Source: a bacterium (GTDB lineage: Bacteria; Patescibacteriota; Minisyncoccia; Moranbacterales; GWC2-37-73). Taken from it: DNA of 64,000 nucleotides. Within the stretch, counting starts at the first letter, position 1, and every line of letters starts with the position of its first letter. A program made the position numbers and the translations under genes. Below are positions 18,126-27,674 of the stretch, piece after piece. The stretch lies in contig QKEW01000001.1 of assembly GCA_003251635.1 (NCBI GenBank), positions 15,588-79,587 on the forward strand, given 5' to 3'. The notes under the pieces are model-generated. The model was not told where the DNA came from. It saw only the letters and a list, made by a program, of their open reading frames with translations, and did no database searches.

Positions 18126-18485
18126 ATGGTCGATTGTATTTTTTGCAAAATCATCAAGAAAGAAATTCCGGCTCAAATTGTTTTTGAAAACGATCAAATT
18201 TTGGCTTTTCGTGATATTAAGCCTTTGGCCCCGGTTCACATTTTGTTGATTCCAAAAAAACATTTTGCCTCGCTCAATGAAATTAAACAGGAAGATGCTC
18301 TTTTGATGGGAGAATTGATTTTTCAGGCCAAGCAATTGGCTGAGGAAAATGGCATAAGCCGGGATGGTTACAAGCTGCTTTTTCGAACCGGAGAACATGG
18401 CGGACAGGAAGTTGGACATATTCACTTGCATTTGATCGGAGGGGCTAAATTATATGAGGAGATTCGTCCACTGAAAGCGGATTAG
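18126..18485 (+). CDS. HIT-family (Hint-like) nucleotide hydrolase
   Basis: Histidine triad HIHLHLIGG. 119 aa. Confidence 0.8.
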   Translation: MVDCIFCKIIKKEIPAQIVFENDQILAFRDIKPLAPVHILLIPKKHFASLNEIKQEDALLMGELIFQAKQLAEENGISRDGYKLLFRTGEHGGQEVGHIHLHLIGGAKLYEEIRPLKAD

Positions 18486-18513
18486 GAAAAATAAGCTCAG
18501 ACTTTCGGGGGAC

Positions 18514-18541
18514 TTGATAATAATTGATAATGTGTTAAATT
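18514..18541 (+). promoter_or_regulatory. Putative sigma70-type promoter for rpsU: TTGATA, 16 nt, TAAATT, with TG at -15
   Basis: cTTGATAataattgataatgtgtTAAATT lies 80 bp upstream of rpsU, which has a strong SD aaggaggt at 18607-18614. Confidence 0.4.
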
Positions 18542-18618
18542 AGACAAACCCTTGTTTAGTAGGGGATTTACACTTTCTTAATATATTCGGAAGTGTTTTT
18601 AGAGAAAGGAGGTTTAAT

Positions 18619-18873
18619 ATGATCGAAGTAAAAAAGAAGAACAAAGAAACAGCTGAAAGCTTGATTCGCAGGTTTTCCCGACGCATTCAACAAAGTGCGG
18701 TTTTGGTGCAGGCTCGTAAAAATCGTTTTCGCCGTGATGAAAAAACCAAGAACGAGAAACGACAAGAAGCTTTGTATAAGGTTAAAATTCGCAAGGAAAT
18801 TGACCGGATGAAAAAATTCGGTAAATTCGACGATGAAGCTTTGCGCAATATTAAACGCAAGTTGAATTCTTGA
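18619..18873 (+). CDS. rpsU: 30S ribosomal protein S21
   Basis: ESLIRRFSRRIQQSAVLVQARKNRFRRDEKTKNEKRQ resembles S21 (ALRRFKR...GVL...RRR.FYEKPT.ERKR). Strong SD. Confidence 0.7.
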   Translation: MIEVKKKNKETAESLIRRFSRRIQQSAVLVQARKNRFRRDEKTKNEKRQEALYKVKIRKEIDRMKKFGKFDDEALRNIKRKLNS

Positions 18874-19027
18874 TTTGGGTAGTTGTGATGCTGGTCATTT
18901 TTTTGGCTGGCATTCATCTGTTTTAATCTAGTTTGATTTTTTCGGGACGATGCTTGCTTTGGTTGATTCAATGTTTGGCGATTTCTTTTTTGGGGTCTGT
19001 TAATTTAATTTTAAATAAATATAAACT

Positions 19028-19489
19028 ATGTCTTTGAATGAAAAAATCACAGCGGATTTGAGGGAAGCTTTAAAATCCGGGGATACTTTAAAGAGAGACA
19101 CTTTGCGTCTTTTGGATAGTGCCATCAAAAATGTTCAAATCGAAAAGAAAAAGCGTGAGACCGGCCTAAGTGATGAAGAGATATTGGAAGTTGTGGGTCG
19201 GGCGGTTAAGCAGCATCAGGACAGTATTGATCAATTTGAAAAAGCTGGCCGCCAAGAATTAGCCCAAAAAGAAAAAGCTGAATTGGAAATTTTGCAGCAA
19301 TATTTGCCGGAACAATTGAAGGAAGATGAGATTGCTGAAATTGTCAGGGGCGTTATTGGCAAAATGGAGAAATTGCAACCGAATGACTTTGGTTTGGTGA
19401 TGGGTCAGTCTATGGCTCAGATGAAAGGTCGGGCGGACGGAAAATTGGTTGGGGAAATTGTTCGCCAGGAGCTTAAGAAAAGTCTTTAA
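19028..19489 (+). CDS. GatB/YqeY-domain protein
   Basis: All-alpha protein of 153 aa with a YqeY-like pattern (ITADLREALKSGD...LRLL). Confidence 0.75.
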   Translation: MSLNEKITADLREALKSGDTLKRDTLRLLDSAIKNVQIEKKKRETGLSDEEILEVVGRAVKQHQDSIDQFEKAGRQELAQKEKAELEILQQYLPEQLKEDEIAEIVRGVIGKMEKLQPNDFGLVMGQSMAQMKGRADGKLVGEIVRQELKKSL

Positions 19490-19500
19490 TTTTTCCAATA

Positions 19501-19986
19501 ATGAAATATTCTTCAGTGGATTTGGAAATTAATAATCAAACGGATTTTGAAATTGAGCCTGATTTCTTTAGGCATATTTTTCAAGAAGTTATCGCTTTGG
19601 TTTCAATGGAATGCTTGGAAGGCAAAAAAGCTTCAATTAGCGTGGCTTTCATTGATCAAGAAGAAATTGCTCGAATAAACGAACAATATCGTCAGCGAAA
19701 AGAGCCAACAGATGTGCTTTCTTTTTGCGAACATGAAAAAATTTCCGATTTGTGTCATAATAAAGATAAAGAAGTTTTTTTGGGGGAAATTTTGATTTGT
19801 CCGGAATATATCTTGAAATCAGCCCCAAATTTTGGCGTTTCTTTTGAATACGAATTGGCCTATATTTTTTCTCACGGAATTTTGCACCTACTGGGTTTTG
19901 AACACGGAGAAAAAATGTTTGGTTTGCAAGAAAAAATTGCTCAAAAGTTCGCCGGTGACTCTAAATTCGATAAAATAAAACAATGA
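19501..19986 (+). CDS. ybeY: rRNA maturation endoribonuclease YbeY
   Basis: Zinc motif HGILHLLGFEH. 161 aa. Confidence 0.85.
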   Translation: MKYSSVDLEINNQTDFEIEPDFFRHIFQEVIALVSMECLEGKKASISVAFIDQEEIARINEQYRQRKEPTDVLSFCEHEKISDLCHNKDKEVFLGEILICPEYILKSAPNFGVSFEYELAYIFSHGILHLLGFEHGEKMFGLQEKIAQKFAGDSKFDKIKQ

Positions 19987-20360
19987 TCATAGAAGAAATA
20001 AAGAGTTTCAAAAGAAGTTTGACCAATGCTTTCAGGGGTTTGAGTTATGCGCTTAAGCGAGAACGCAATTTCCAAATCGAATTGGTGATCGGATTTTTGG
20101 TTTTGGTTTTAATTTTAGTGTTTAAGGTGAAAAATTGGGAAGCGGTGGTTTTGATTTTGATGGTGGCTGGAGTTTTGGTGATGGAATTGGCTAATACTGT
20201 AATGGAAAGAATTGTGGATATTTTGAAACCAAAAATTCATCCTTATGCTCGAGTAATCAAAGATATCACAGCTGCGGCAGTTTTAATCTGCTCTTTTGTG
20301 GCGCTGTTTGTTGGAGTGATAATTTTTTATCCGTATATTCGCGATCTGTTGAATTTTTAA
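19983..20360 (+). CDS. dgkA: Diacylglycerol/undecaprenol kinase DgkA family
   Basis: Three TM helices. VLVMELANTVMERIVD and IKDITAAAVLI align with DgkA motifs. The start overlaps the ybeY stop by 4 bp. Confidence 0.7.
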   Translation: MIIEEIKSFKRSLTNAFRGLSYALKRERNFQIELVIGFLVLVLILVFKVKNWEAVVLILMVAGVLVMELANTVMERIVDILKPKIHPYARVIKDITAAAVLICSFVALFVGVIIFYPYIRDLLNF

Positions 20361-20475
20361 GCGCTTGTTTTGGTAAAAGGTGGGTTTATTGTATAATTGA
20401 AAAAATTGGGTATAAAGACAAAAATAAAAAATAAATGTTAATTTTAATGGGCGTATAGTCGCTCAGTTTCGGTTT

Positions 20476-21732
20476 ATGGCGAAAAATAATATAATCACCG
20501 GAATTGATATAGGATCTTCAAATATTCGAACTTTAGTTGCGCATCAGATTCGGGGTGAAGAAAATTTACGAATCGTTGGAGTTGGAGTGGTTACTTCAGC
20601 CGGAATTCGGCGCGGAATAATTGTGGACATCGAGGAAGCGATTAAGGCCATCAATGAATCAGTTGAGCTGGCTGAAAGAATGGCTGGCAGTGCGGTTAAT
20701 CGAGCTTTCGTCAGTATTGGTGGGAATGAAATATCTTTGGAAAATTCCAAGGGAGTGGTTGCGGTTGGTCGGGCGGATGGCGAAGTTGAAGAAAATGACA
20801 TCAATCGAGTTATCGCAGAGGCGCAGGCAATTGCTTTGCCAATGAATAAGGATATCTTGCATATAATTCCTAAAAAATATCGTTTGGATGATCAGGATAA
20901 TATCAAAAATCCCTTAGGAATGCGTGGAGTTCGCTTGGAAGTCGAGGCTTTGGTAGTTGAAAGCAGTGCTTCTCATATGAAGAATTTGACCAAGGCTTTT
21001 TATCAGGCTGGAATTGAAATTGAAGATATTGCCTTGGAACCTTTGGCCAGTGCCAAATCGGTTTTAACCAAAAAGCAAAAAGAGCTGGGAGTTGTTTTGA
21101 TAAATATTGGCGGCGGCACCACTTCTTTGGCGGTTTTTGAAGAAGGTGAAATTTTGCATACGGCCATTTTGCCAATTGGGGCGGGGCACATTACCAATGA
21201 CGTGGCTATCGGACTAAGAACCTCAATTGAGGTGGCGGAAAAAGTTAAACTGGAATATGGTAGCGCCCTTTGTCGTGACATCAATCGTAAAGAAGAAATC
21301 GATCTTTCCCAGTTTGATTCTCAAGAATATGGCTATGTTTCTCGGCATCATGTGGCGGAGATAATTGAAGCGCGTCTGCGGGAAATTTTGGAAATGGCTC
21401 AGAGTGAACTTCAGAAAATTGGAAAAGCCGGGCTATTGCCGGCCGGTGGAGTTTTGGCTGGAGGCGGAGCCAAGCTGCCTTTTGTTAGTGAGTTAGCTAA
21501 GGATGTTTTGGGTTTGCCGATCCAGGTTGGTTTTCCTCAGGGTTTTTCTGGAGTTTTGGATAAGGTTGATGACCCGGCTTTTGCTACAGCTGCTGGACTG
21601 TTACTTTGGTCTCAAGATCATCAAGGGGGTTCGTCGATATCTGGCAATGATGCTATTTTTGCTCCCATCATTCGAACTACCGGTTCGGCGGTGGGCAAGG
21701 TTCGCAAGTGGGTAGGCAAGTTTTTGCCTTAA
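20476..21732 (+). CDS. ftsA: Cell division protein FtsA
   Basis: Actin-like ATPase with an ITGIDIGSSNIRTLVA start. 418 aa, directly upstream of ftsZ. Confidence 0.9.
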   Translation: MAKNNIITGIDIGSSNIRTLVAHQIRGEENLRIVGVGVVTSAGIRRGIIVDIEEAIKAINESVELAERMAGSAVNRAFVSIGGNEISLENSKGVVAVGRADGEVEENDINRVIAEAQAIALPMNKDILHIIPKKYRLDDQDNIKNPLGMRGVRLEVEALVVESSASHMKNLTKAFYQAGIEIEDIALEPLASAKSVLTKKQKELGVVLINIGGGTTSLAVFEEGEILHTAILPIGAGHITNDVAIGLRTSIEVAEKVKLEYGSALCRDINRKEEIDLSQFDSQEYGYVSRHHVAEIIEARLREILEMAQSELQKIGKAGLLPAGGVLAGGGAKLPFVSELAKDVLGLPIQVGFPQGFSGVLDKVDDPAFATAAGLLLWSQDHQGGSSISGNDAIFAPIIRTTGSAVGKVRKWVGKFLP

Positions 21733-21885
21733 AAGCCAAGTAAAATTAAAAACTTTTCTTGACACGAGATTCTCGGGTATGTTAAATTTAGGTACTGAGG
21801 GTGTTTGAGGTGTTTTAAATGGATTAAATTATTCAGATAAATCGTTAAGTTGGTCGTTTATTTTGAATTAAGATTTTCAAGCTGA

Positions 21886-23187
21886 TTGTACAAAAATATG
21901 GCAGAAGTAAAATTGGACATCGAAACATTTGCAAGAATAAAAGTAGTCGGAGTTGGAGGCTCGGGCAATAATGCAATCAGTCGAATGATTGATTCAAAAA
22001 TCAAAGGAGTTGAGTTTGTTACCATCAACACTGACGCTCAAGCTCTTCATCATTCCAAAGCACCGGAAAAAGTGCATATTGGAAAAAACTTGACCAAAGG
22101 ATTGGGAGCTGGCATGAATCCGGAGATTGGTCGCCAAGCTGCTGAAGAAAATCGGGATGAAATTCAAGAAGTTTTGAAGGGGGCTGACATGGTTTTTGTG
22201 ACGTGCGGACTTGGAGGCGGAACTGGAAGCGGAGCTGCGCCAGTGGTAGCTGAGACTGCTAAGGAATTGGGCGCTTTGACGGTGGCCGTGGTAACTAAGC
22301 CTTTTGCTTTCGAGGGCGCGCAAAGAAGACAAATCGGAGAAGAAGCTTTGCAAAATCTGAAGGATCGAGTGGATACCTTGATCACTATTCCGAATGACAA
22401 ATTACTTTCCATTATTGATCGCAAAACCACTTTGATAAACGCTTTCAAGATTGTGGATGATGTTTTGCGCCAAGGTGTTCAAGGAATTTCCGATTTGATC
22501 ACTAAGCCGGGAATCGTTAATGTGGACTTTGCGGATGTGCGAGCCATTATGCATGACAGCGGTTCGGCTTTGATGGGAATCGGAGTAGCCAGTGGCGATG
22601 ATCGAGCAGCGGAAGCAGCTAAAGCTGCTATCAACAGTCCACTTTTGGAACTGTCAGTGGATGGTGCCAAGGGAGTCTTGTTTAATATTTCCGGATCCAG
22701 TGATTTGACGATGTTGGAAATCAACGAAGCGGCTAATATTATCACGGAAAGCATTGATCCGAATGCTAAAGTTATTTTTGGAGCGGTGGTGGATGATCAA
22801 GTTAAGAAAGGTGAAATTCATATTACCGTGGTGGCAACCGGGTTCGACGCTGATCGGGAAACATCGAATCCTTTGATTTCGCGGCCGCCGGTCAATAAAC
22901 CGCAGTCGATTAAACCAAAAATAGAAGCAGAGGAAGAGAGGATCAGGGAGGATGATTTTTATGAAGAACCGAAACCGGAGCCGAAAAGAGAAAAATCTTT
23001 GGCGGATGAAATCAGGGAAAAGGTTGTTTTTCCGACTCGTAAAGTTGAGACCAAAATGATCATTGAAGAAAAGATTCAGCCCAAGCCTTTTGTGCCGGAA
23101 CGCAAAGAAATCGAAAAGGAGCAAACAAATGATGACGATGATGAATTGGAAATCCCGGCCTTTATCAGGAGGAAGATGGAGAAATAA
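21886..23187 (+). CDS. ftsZ: Cell division GTPase FtsZ
   Basis: Tubulin signature [14 protein letters not shown] and [12 protein letters not shown], a long charged linker, and a C-terminal EIPAFIRRK peptide. Confidence 0.9.
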   Translation: MYKNMAEVKLDIETFARIKVVGVGGSGNNAISRMIDSKIKGVEFVTINTDAQALHHSKAPEKVHIGKNLTKGLGAGMNPEIGRQAAEENRDEIQEVLKGADMVFVTCGLGGGTGSGAAPVVAETAKELGALTVAVVTKPFAFEGAQRRQIGEEALQNLKDRVDTLITIPNDKLLSIIDRKTTLINAFKIVDDVLRQGVQGISDLITKPGIVNVDFADVRAIMHDSGSALMGIGVASGDDRAAEAAKAAINSPLLELSVDGAKGVLFNISGSSDLTMLEINEAANIITESIDPNAKVIFGAVVDDQVKKGEIHITVVATGFDADRETSNPLISRPPVNKPQSIKPKIEAEEERIREDDFYEEPKPEPKREKSLADEIREKVVFPTRKVETKMIIEEKIQPKPFVPERKEIEKEQTNDDDDELEIPAFIRRKMEK

Positions 23188-23195
23188 AATTTACT

Positions 23196-23238
23196 TTCGA
23201 TATTTTGAAAAACCAGCCTTGAGAGGGGCTGGTTTTTT
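23196..23238. terminator. Intrinsic terminator hairpin; copy 1 of a dispersed repeat of about 43 bp
   Basis: ttcgatattttgaaaaaccagccttgagaggggctggtttttt, nearly identical to 25678-25720. Confidence 0.6.
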
Positions 23239-23294
23239 GGTGGACGTAAAATATGTTATTATGTTTATATAGTAAAAAATAATAAATAAAAAAA

Positions 23295-23828
23295 ATGAGC
23301 GAAAATGAAAATCGGGGAGTTGAAAAATTATTATTAGTAATCTTGTTTTTTATTACTATCACTCAATTTTCTACCTGGGGTTATCAGTCGGTCAAATATA
23401 TTTTGGGTAGGATTTTTGATGTTGAAGTTCTTAGTACCCCGGTGGATACGGTTATTGGTTTGGTGGCTATGATTGCTAGTATCGTCGTTTTTGCAGCATC
23501 GGCTATGTGGTGGAAAAATAACACTAAGGCCAAGGAAATCTTTTTTGTGGGAGCCTTTTTATTTGTCTTAAAGAATGTTTTGGATATTATAAATCAAGTT
23601 GTTTTATTTGGTCTTAAATATGAGGGCGTGACCAAAACAGTTTCCGGAATTGAAGGTTTGGCAATCAGCATTGGGAATGAATTTTTTCAGTTGGCTTTTT
23701 GGATTTTTATTGCTTTTTATTTTCGTTATAAAATTTCCATATTTTCCAGGGTTGATAAAATTTCTTTATCCGAAGAACCAGTAGAGGAACTTGGCAAGCA
23801 AGTTTTTACAGGGGAGAACTTAAAATAA
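23295..23828 (+). CDS. Integral membrane protein, about 4 TM helices, hypothetical
   Basis: Hydrophobic segments across 177 aa. No recognised motif. Confidence 0.4.
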   Translation: MSENENRGVEKLLLVILFFITITQFSTWGYQSVKYILGRIFDVEVLSTPVDTVIGLVAMIASIVVFAASAMWWKNNTKAKEIFFVGAFLFVLKNVLDIINQVVLFGLKYEGVTKTVSGIEGLAISIGNEFFQLAFWIFIAFYFRYKISIFSRVDKISLSEEPVEELGKQVFTGENLK

Positions 23829-23839
23829 AAATTAAATAA

Positions 23840-25639
23840 ATGGAAAATAATAGTTTTAACACAGAAAACAAAAACAATTTTGAAAATGATTTAGCAATTC
23901 AGTCTAAAAATATTTCGGCTAAAAAAAATTCAAATAAAAAATTGATCTTTTGGATAATTTTTATTTTGCTTGTTTTTGTTGGTTTGGTTTCGGTTTATTT
24001 GGTTTACAGTTTGAAAAAAGTTGAGTTTAAAAATCCAAGCCCTGATCCGGTTCTGAGTCTGGATGGTAACATAAGTTTCAATTCAAAAAGTACAAAATTA
24101 CTCGATCTGAGTGGATATGAGCAAAGTGGGGCGGGAAATTCTTTGCCGATTTTCAGTCAATATGGCAATTGGGTTTTAGTTCCGAAAGTGAATGGTGAAA
24201 AGGGCGCTGGCGTGATGGTTTTGGGAATGAAAAATGGGATTGTACGGGAGTTTGAAACTCCCTATGTTGCAGTTTCGCCAAATTTCAAAGAATTGGCTTA
24301 TGCAGCTATTGTTGGTAATGAAATAAAGATAGTAATGGAGTCAATCGAAAGTGGCCAAGAAGAATGGGAAAGCTCAATTTTTGATGGAATTTTAAGTTTG
24401 TATTTTGGCACTGAAACAAATTTGCTTAATATTATCGGGATTCAAAACAATAAGACTGTTTGGTATGAAAATGGCGTTAAAAAAGCAGAGCTTGACCCGA
24501 TTAAATATTTGACATCAGGTGTGGTTAAAATGTCGGAAGATAAAACTAAAGTGGCTCTGGTTGGATCAAAAGGTAGTGATGCCATACTGATTATCAATGG
24601 AGAAGAAAAAGTTTTTAAGGGCGCTAGGTTGATAAATTTAATAGGTTTTTCGGCTGATAATAAGCTTGCTTATTTAGTTAAGTACTCCGATGTTGAAAAC
24701 GTTGCTTACGTTGATAATGTTGAAGTTGCTCGTAATATTTCAGGGGAAGGAATCATGAGCGGTAGTGTTGGGTTAACTTTTGATAATGGCATGCTAGCTA
24801 AACAGAGTTACGACGGCCAGCAAGAGTATATGCAAGTATTCAATGAAAGCCCAAGGGTTTTTAGAAAATCTTACTATAGAACATTTTTCCCATCTTTTAG
24901 CTTGGATGGCAAAAGATTGGCTTATGTTGTTGACACAATGGATTATTTCCAGTCCGGATCTAAGAGTTTTGTTGTAGTGGATGAGAAAGAGCAGAAACAA
25001 TATGACAGTGTTAGTAATGTGGTTTGGGGTGGAAACGATACGTATGCCTATGTGGCTCAGGAAATTTTCCGGGACAGTGAAGATGTGGTGGAAGATAAAT
25101 TTGTGGTTATTGATGGAATTGAACAGTATAAATTTGGTGGAAAATCGATTGATGTTCCCAATATTGAATCCTATCAATTAGCGGTCAATCCAGTAAACGG
25201 AAAAGTTGGTTATGTGGTTTGCCATGCTGACGTAAAAAACGAAAAAGATCCGAATGTGTCGGAAGGAGTGCTTAATCTGGGAACTGTCACGGAAATAATG
25301 CACCATTGTTTTGTGATTTATGATGGTAAAGCCCAACCGGAATTTGGTTTGATTTCAGAAAAATTGCAATTTACGCCGGATGGGGAACATATTCTCTACC
25401 TGGCTGGGGAAAAAGGGGATAATTTTGGAAAGAACGGACCAACGAAATTGGTTATGGATGGGAAAGTTGTGAATATTGAAGGCATGATATCTGGGAATAT
25501 ATATTTTAATTCAGAGGGCAATAGAATAGGATTATATGTTTTTAAAAATGACAACACTGTTTGGTGGGAAACTTACGGTATTGATGAGGTATTAAAAAAT
25601 GCAAAAATTTTGGAGAATAAAAACATTGAGAATATGTGA
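23840..25639 (+). CDS. Membrane-anchored extracytoplasmic protein with TolB/PD40-like beta-propeller repeats
   Basis: N-terminal TM anchor, then recurring ...LAY(V/L).. blades about every 50 aa (KELAYAAIVG, NKLAYLVKYSD, KRLAYVVDT, GKVGYVVCH). Confidence 0.45.
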   Translation: MENNSFNTENKNNFENDLAIQSKNISAKKNSNKKLIFWIIFILLVFVGLVSVYLVYSLKKVEFKNPSPDPVLSLDGNISFNSKSTKLLDLSGYEQSGAGNSLPIFSQYGNWVLVPKVNGEKGAGVMVLGMKNGIVREFETPYVAVSPNFKELAYAAIVGNEIKIVMESIESGQEEWESSIFDGILSLYFGTETNLLNIIGIQNNKTVWYENGVKKAELDPIKYLTSGVVKMSEDKTKVALVGSKGSDAILIINGEEKVFKGARLINLIGFSADNKLAYLVKYSDVENVAYVDNVEVARNISGEGIMSGSVGLTFDNGMLAKQSYDGQQEYMQVFNESPRVFRKSYYRTFFPSFSLDGKRLAYVVDTMDYFQSGSKSFVVVDEKEQKQYDSVSNVVWGGNDTYAYVAQEIFRDSEDVVEDKFVVIDGIEQYKFGGKSIDVPNIESYQLAVNPVNGKVGYVVCHADVKNEKDPNVSEGVLNLGTVTEIMHHCFVIYDGKAQPEFGLISEKLQFTPDGEHILYLAGEKGDNFGKNGPTKLVMDGKVVNIEGMISGNIYFNSEGNRIGLYVFKNDNTVWWETYGIDEVLKNAKILENKNIENM

Positions 25640-25677
25640 CTTAATGAAAATGCGGAAATATTCTAATTAAAATAAAA

Positions 25678-25720
25678 TTCGATATTTTGAAAAACCAGCC
25701 TTGAGAGAGGTTGGTTTTTT
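25678..25720. terminator. Intrinsic terminator hairpin; copy 2 of the dispersed repeat of about 43 bp
   Basis: ttcgatattttgaaaaaccagccttgagagaggttggtttttt. It differs at 3 positions from copy 1; the stem is maintained by G-U pairing. Confidence 0.6.
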
Positions 25721-25818
25721 ATATCGCATGTAAGTAAATATTTGGTTATTGAATTTTTTTGGTAGCAAAAACGGTCACTCAGATCGTATTATTTCTGAGT
25801 GACCGTAGGGCAGGGATT

Positions 25819-26292
25819 TTATGGCAGTTTCTCACTTATTGTTTTAACCGAATATGTTTTGTTTTTCTTGTAGACTGTTAGCCTATTTATAGTATAGCCA
25901 GCACTTACAAGGGTTTTGATAGCACTAAACATGTCTTTGGCTACAAGAACTATATCCTCTGTACGAAGGGAAGCTCGGTTTTGTTGGCTTTCGATCGATA
26001 AGTCATCTTGCTCCAGTATGAACGTTTTTTCTTCTGGTTTGAAATTTCGTATTTCCTGGAGCGTAAAGGTCGAACCGTGAACTCTTAAAGAGAAAATAGG
26101 GCCAATTTGGAACTCTTTTTCTACTAGAATACGTATGGCATCTAGTTCGTCAGTGGCTTCTAAAAAACTCTCACTTGCACATGGATCATCAATTGGTTTT
26201 ATAAGGAAAAACATAGTATACCTCTCGCTTGTAGATTTCCAGTTAATTCTGGATCCTAAATAATTACACGTGTTAAAAAATATGTCAAACAC
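25819..26292 (-). CDS. Hypothetical protein
   Basis: 157-aa ORF on the minus strand with no recognisable motif. Convergent with the 23840 gene. Confidence 0.3.
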   Translation of the reverse strand: MFDIFFNTCNYLGSRINWKSTSERYTMFFLIKPIDDPCASESFLEATDELDAIRILVEKEFQIGPIFSLRVHGSTFTLQEIRNFKPEEKTFILEQDDLSIESQQNRASLRTEDIVLVAKDMFSAIKTLVSAGYTINRLTVYKKNKTYSVKTISEKLP

Positions 26293-26506
26293 TAAGATTA
26301 GTTCCGATTCATCTTTAAAGTGGTTTTATTGTATGTTTAGCTATTGTTACTTAATAGAATTTTATTGACTTTTGAAAGTTTTTATTGTGGTCTTTACTAT
26401 TGTTGTTTAACAATTTATTGGTTTTTTCTCGGGTATTTCGGTGTCCACTAAACTTATTTTTTAAAGAAAAAGGAGACTGAGGATAGAAATTTATAAAATT
26501 GTTTAT

Positions 26507-27172
26507 GTGCCGACGGCCGGGGCCTTGAAGGAATTGTATTACTACAGCTTGAGGCTTTGGTTTTTCCTGACCTGGCCGATTTTCAAGAGGTTGTGTAATT
26601 ACTTGGGAGCTCGTTCGGAATATTTAGAGGAACTAAAAATTGAGACCGTGGCGCGATTGGAAAAAGCACTATGGGTCCGGAATAATCTTGGACCGGAATT
26701 TTTTTATCTTTCTGGCGGAAAGTTCAGGAGAAATCCTACAGTTGTGGACATGATGAAGGGATGGCTGGTTTTGAACGGTCAGATTTCGGAAAAAAATATT
26801 TTGATGGATACCAACTCCGTTCAAACTTGCGAAGGGATCGAAAAATTCGTCAAATATTTGTTCGGATTGCATAATGATTTTATTTCGGTTTATTTGACGA
26901 CGAGCTGGTATCATCTGCCGCGTTGTCGGTATGAATTAAAAAAATCAATTGAAAAATTTAGAAGGGAGTCGGAAATAGACTTATCATTTGGCAACCCAAA
27001 GTTTATAGAAATAATCGCGGTTTCAGTTAAACCGCCCTGGACTTTAGAGTGCTTAAAGTATGAATATCTGTACAATTTGTTGGTCGAGCCAATAAATTTG
27101 ATCATTATGCGTTTTCCCAAGCTTAAAAAATGGCTGGGGAAAAGGGAGCGAAAAAATCGGGGAGTTGAATAA
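26507..27172 (+). CDS. DUF218/YdcF-SanA-like protein
   Basis: FFYLSGGKF...ILMDTNSVQTCEG...YLTTSWYHLPRC pattern as in DUF218. Confidence 0.5.
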   Translation: MPTAGALKELYYYSLRLWFFLTWPIFKRLCNYLGARSEYLEELKIETVARLEKALWVRNNLGPEFFYLSGGKFRRNPTVVDMMKGWLVLNGQISEKNILMDTNSVQTCEGIEKFVKYLFGLHNDFISVYLTTSWYHLPRCRYELKKSIEKFRRESEIDLSFGNPKFIEIIAVSVKPPWTLECLKYEYLYNLLVEPINLIIMRFPKLKKWLGKRERKNRGVE

Positions 27173-27229
27173 AAACCGAATCTTATTTCTTGAACTCACG
27201 GTAAACTCATTACATGAGAGGATTGAAAA

Positions 27230-27535
27230 ATGAATGTGGCTTTGAAGTTCGAAGGCTCATATGTGGAAAAATTAAAAGGGTCTTGGTATTATCCTATGAA
27301 TCAAGAAGACGCCGCTTTGCTTCCAGGGACTTTAATTGATCTATATATTAAAGGGGGTGAGGAGAAGCTTATAACTTTTGAGATATTCCGGAGTCGTCGC
27401 TTGCCTCAAAAAAATTTATTCCTTTTGGAAGTGATTTTTAAGTTTTGCGCTGCATCTATTGAAGAGTTTTCTTCATACATTCAAAAAGACTGGGTGTGTG
27501 GTGATAAAATTGAAGAATGGGCGAAAACGCCCTGA
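27230..27535 (+). CDS. Hypothetical protein
   Basis: 101-aa ORF with a moderate SD (gagaggattgaaaaATG). No motif. Confidence 0.3.
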   Translation: MNVALKFEGSYVEKLKGSWYYPMNQEDAALLPGTLIDLYIKGGEEKLITFEIFRSRRLPQKNLFLLEVIFKFCAASIEEFSSYIQKDWVCGDKIEEWAKTP

Positions 27536-27674
27536 TGTTTTTTGAAAAACTGGCGGCTTGTCTCTGAAAAGAGGCAAGCCGTTTTTTCTTTTGTGATGGC
27601 TGCATTGATTTTTTGGCAAATTTGTACTAAGATGGTAAGAATCTGGAAATGGGAAATTATTTTTTAGGAAAAAT

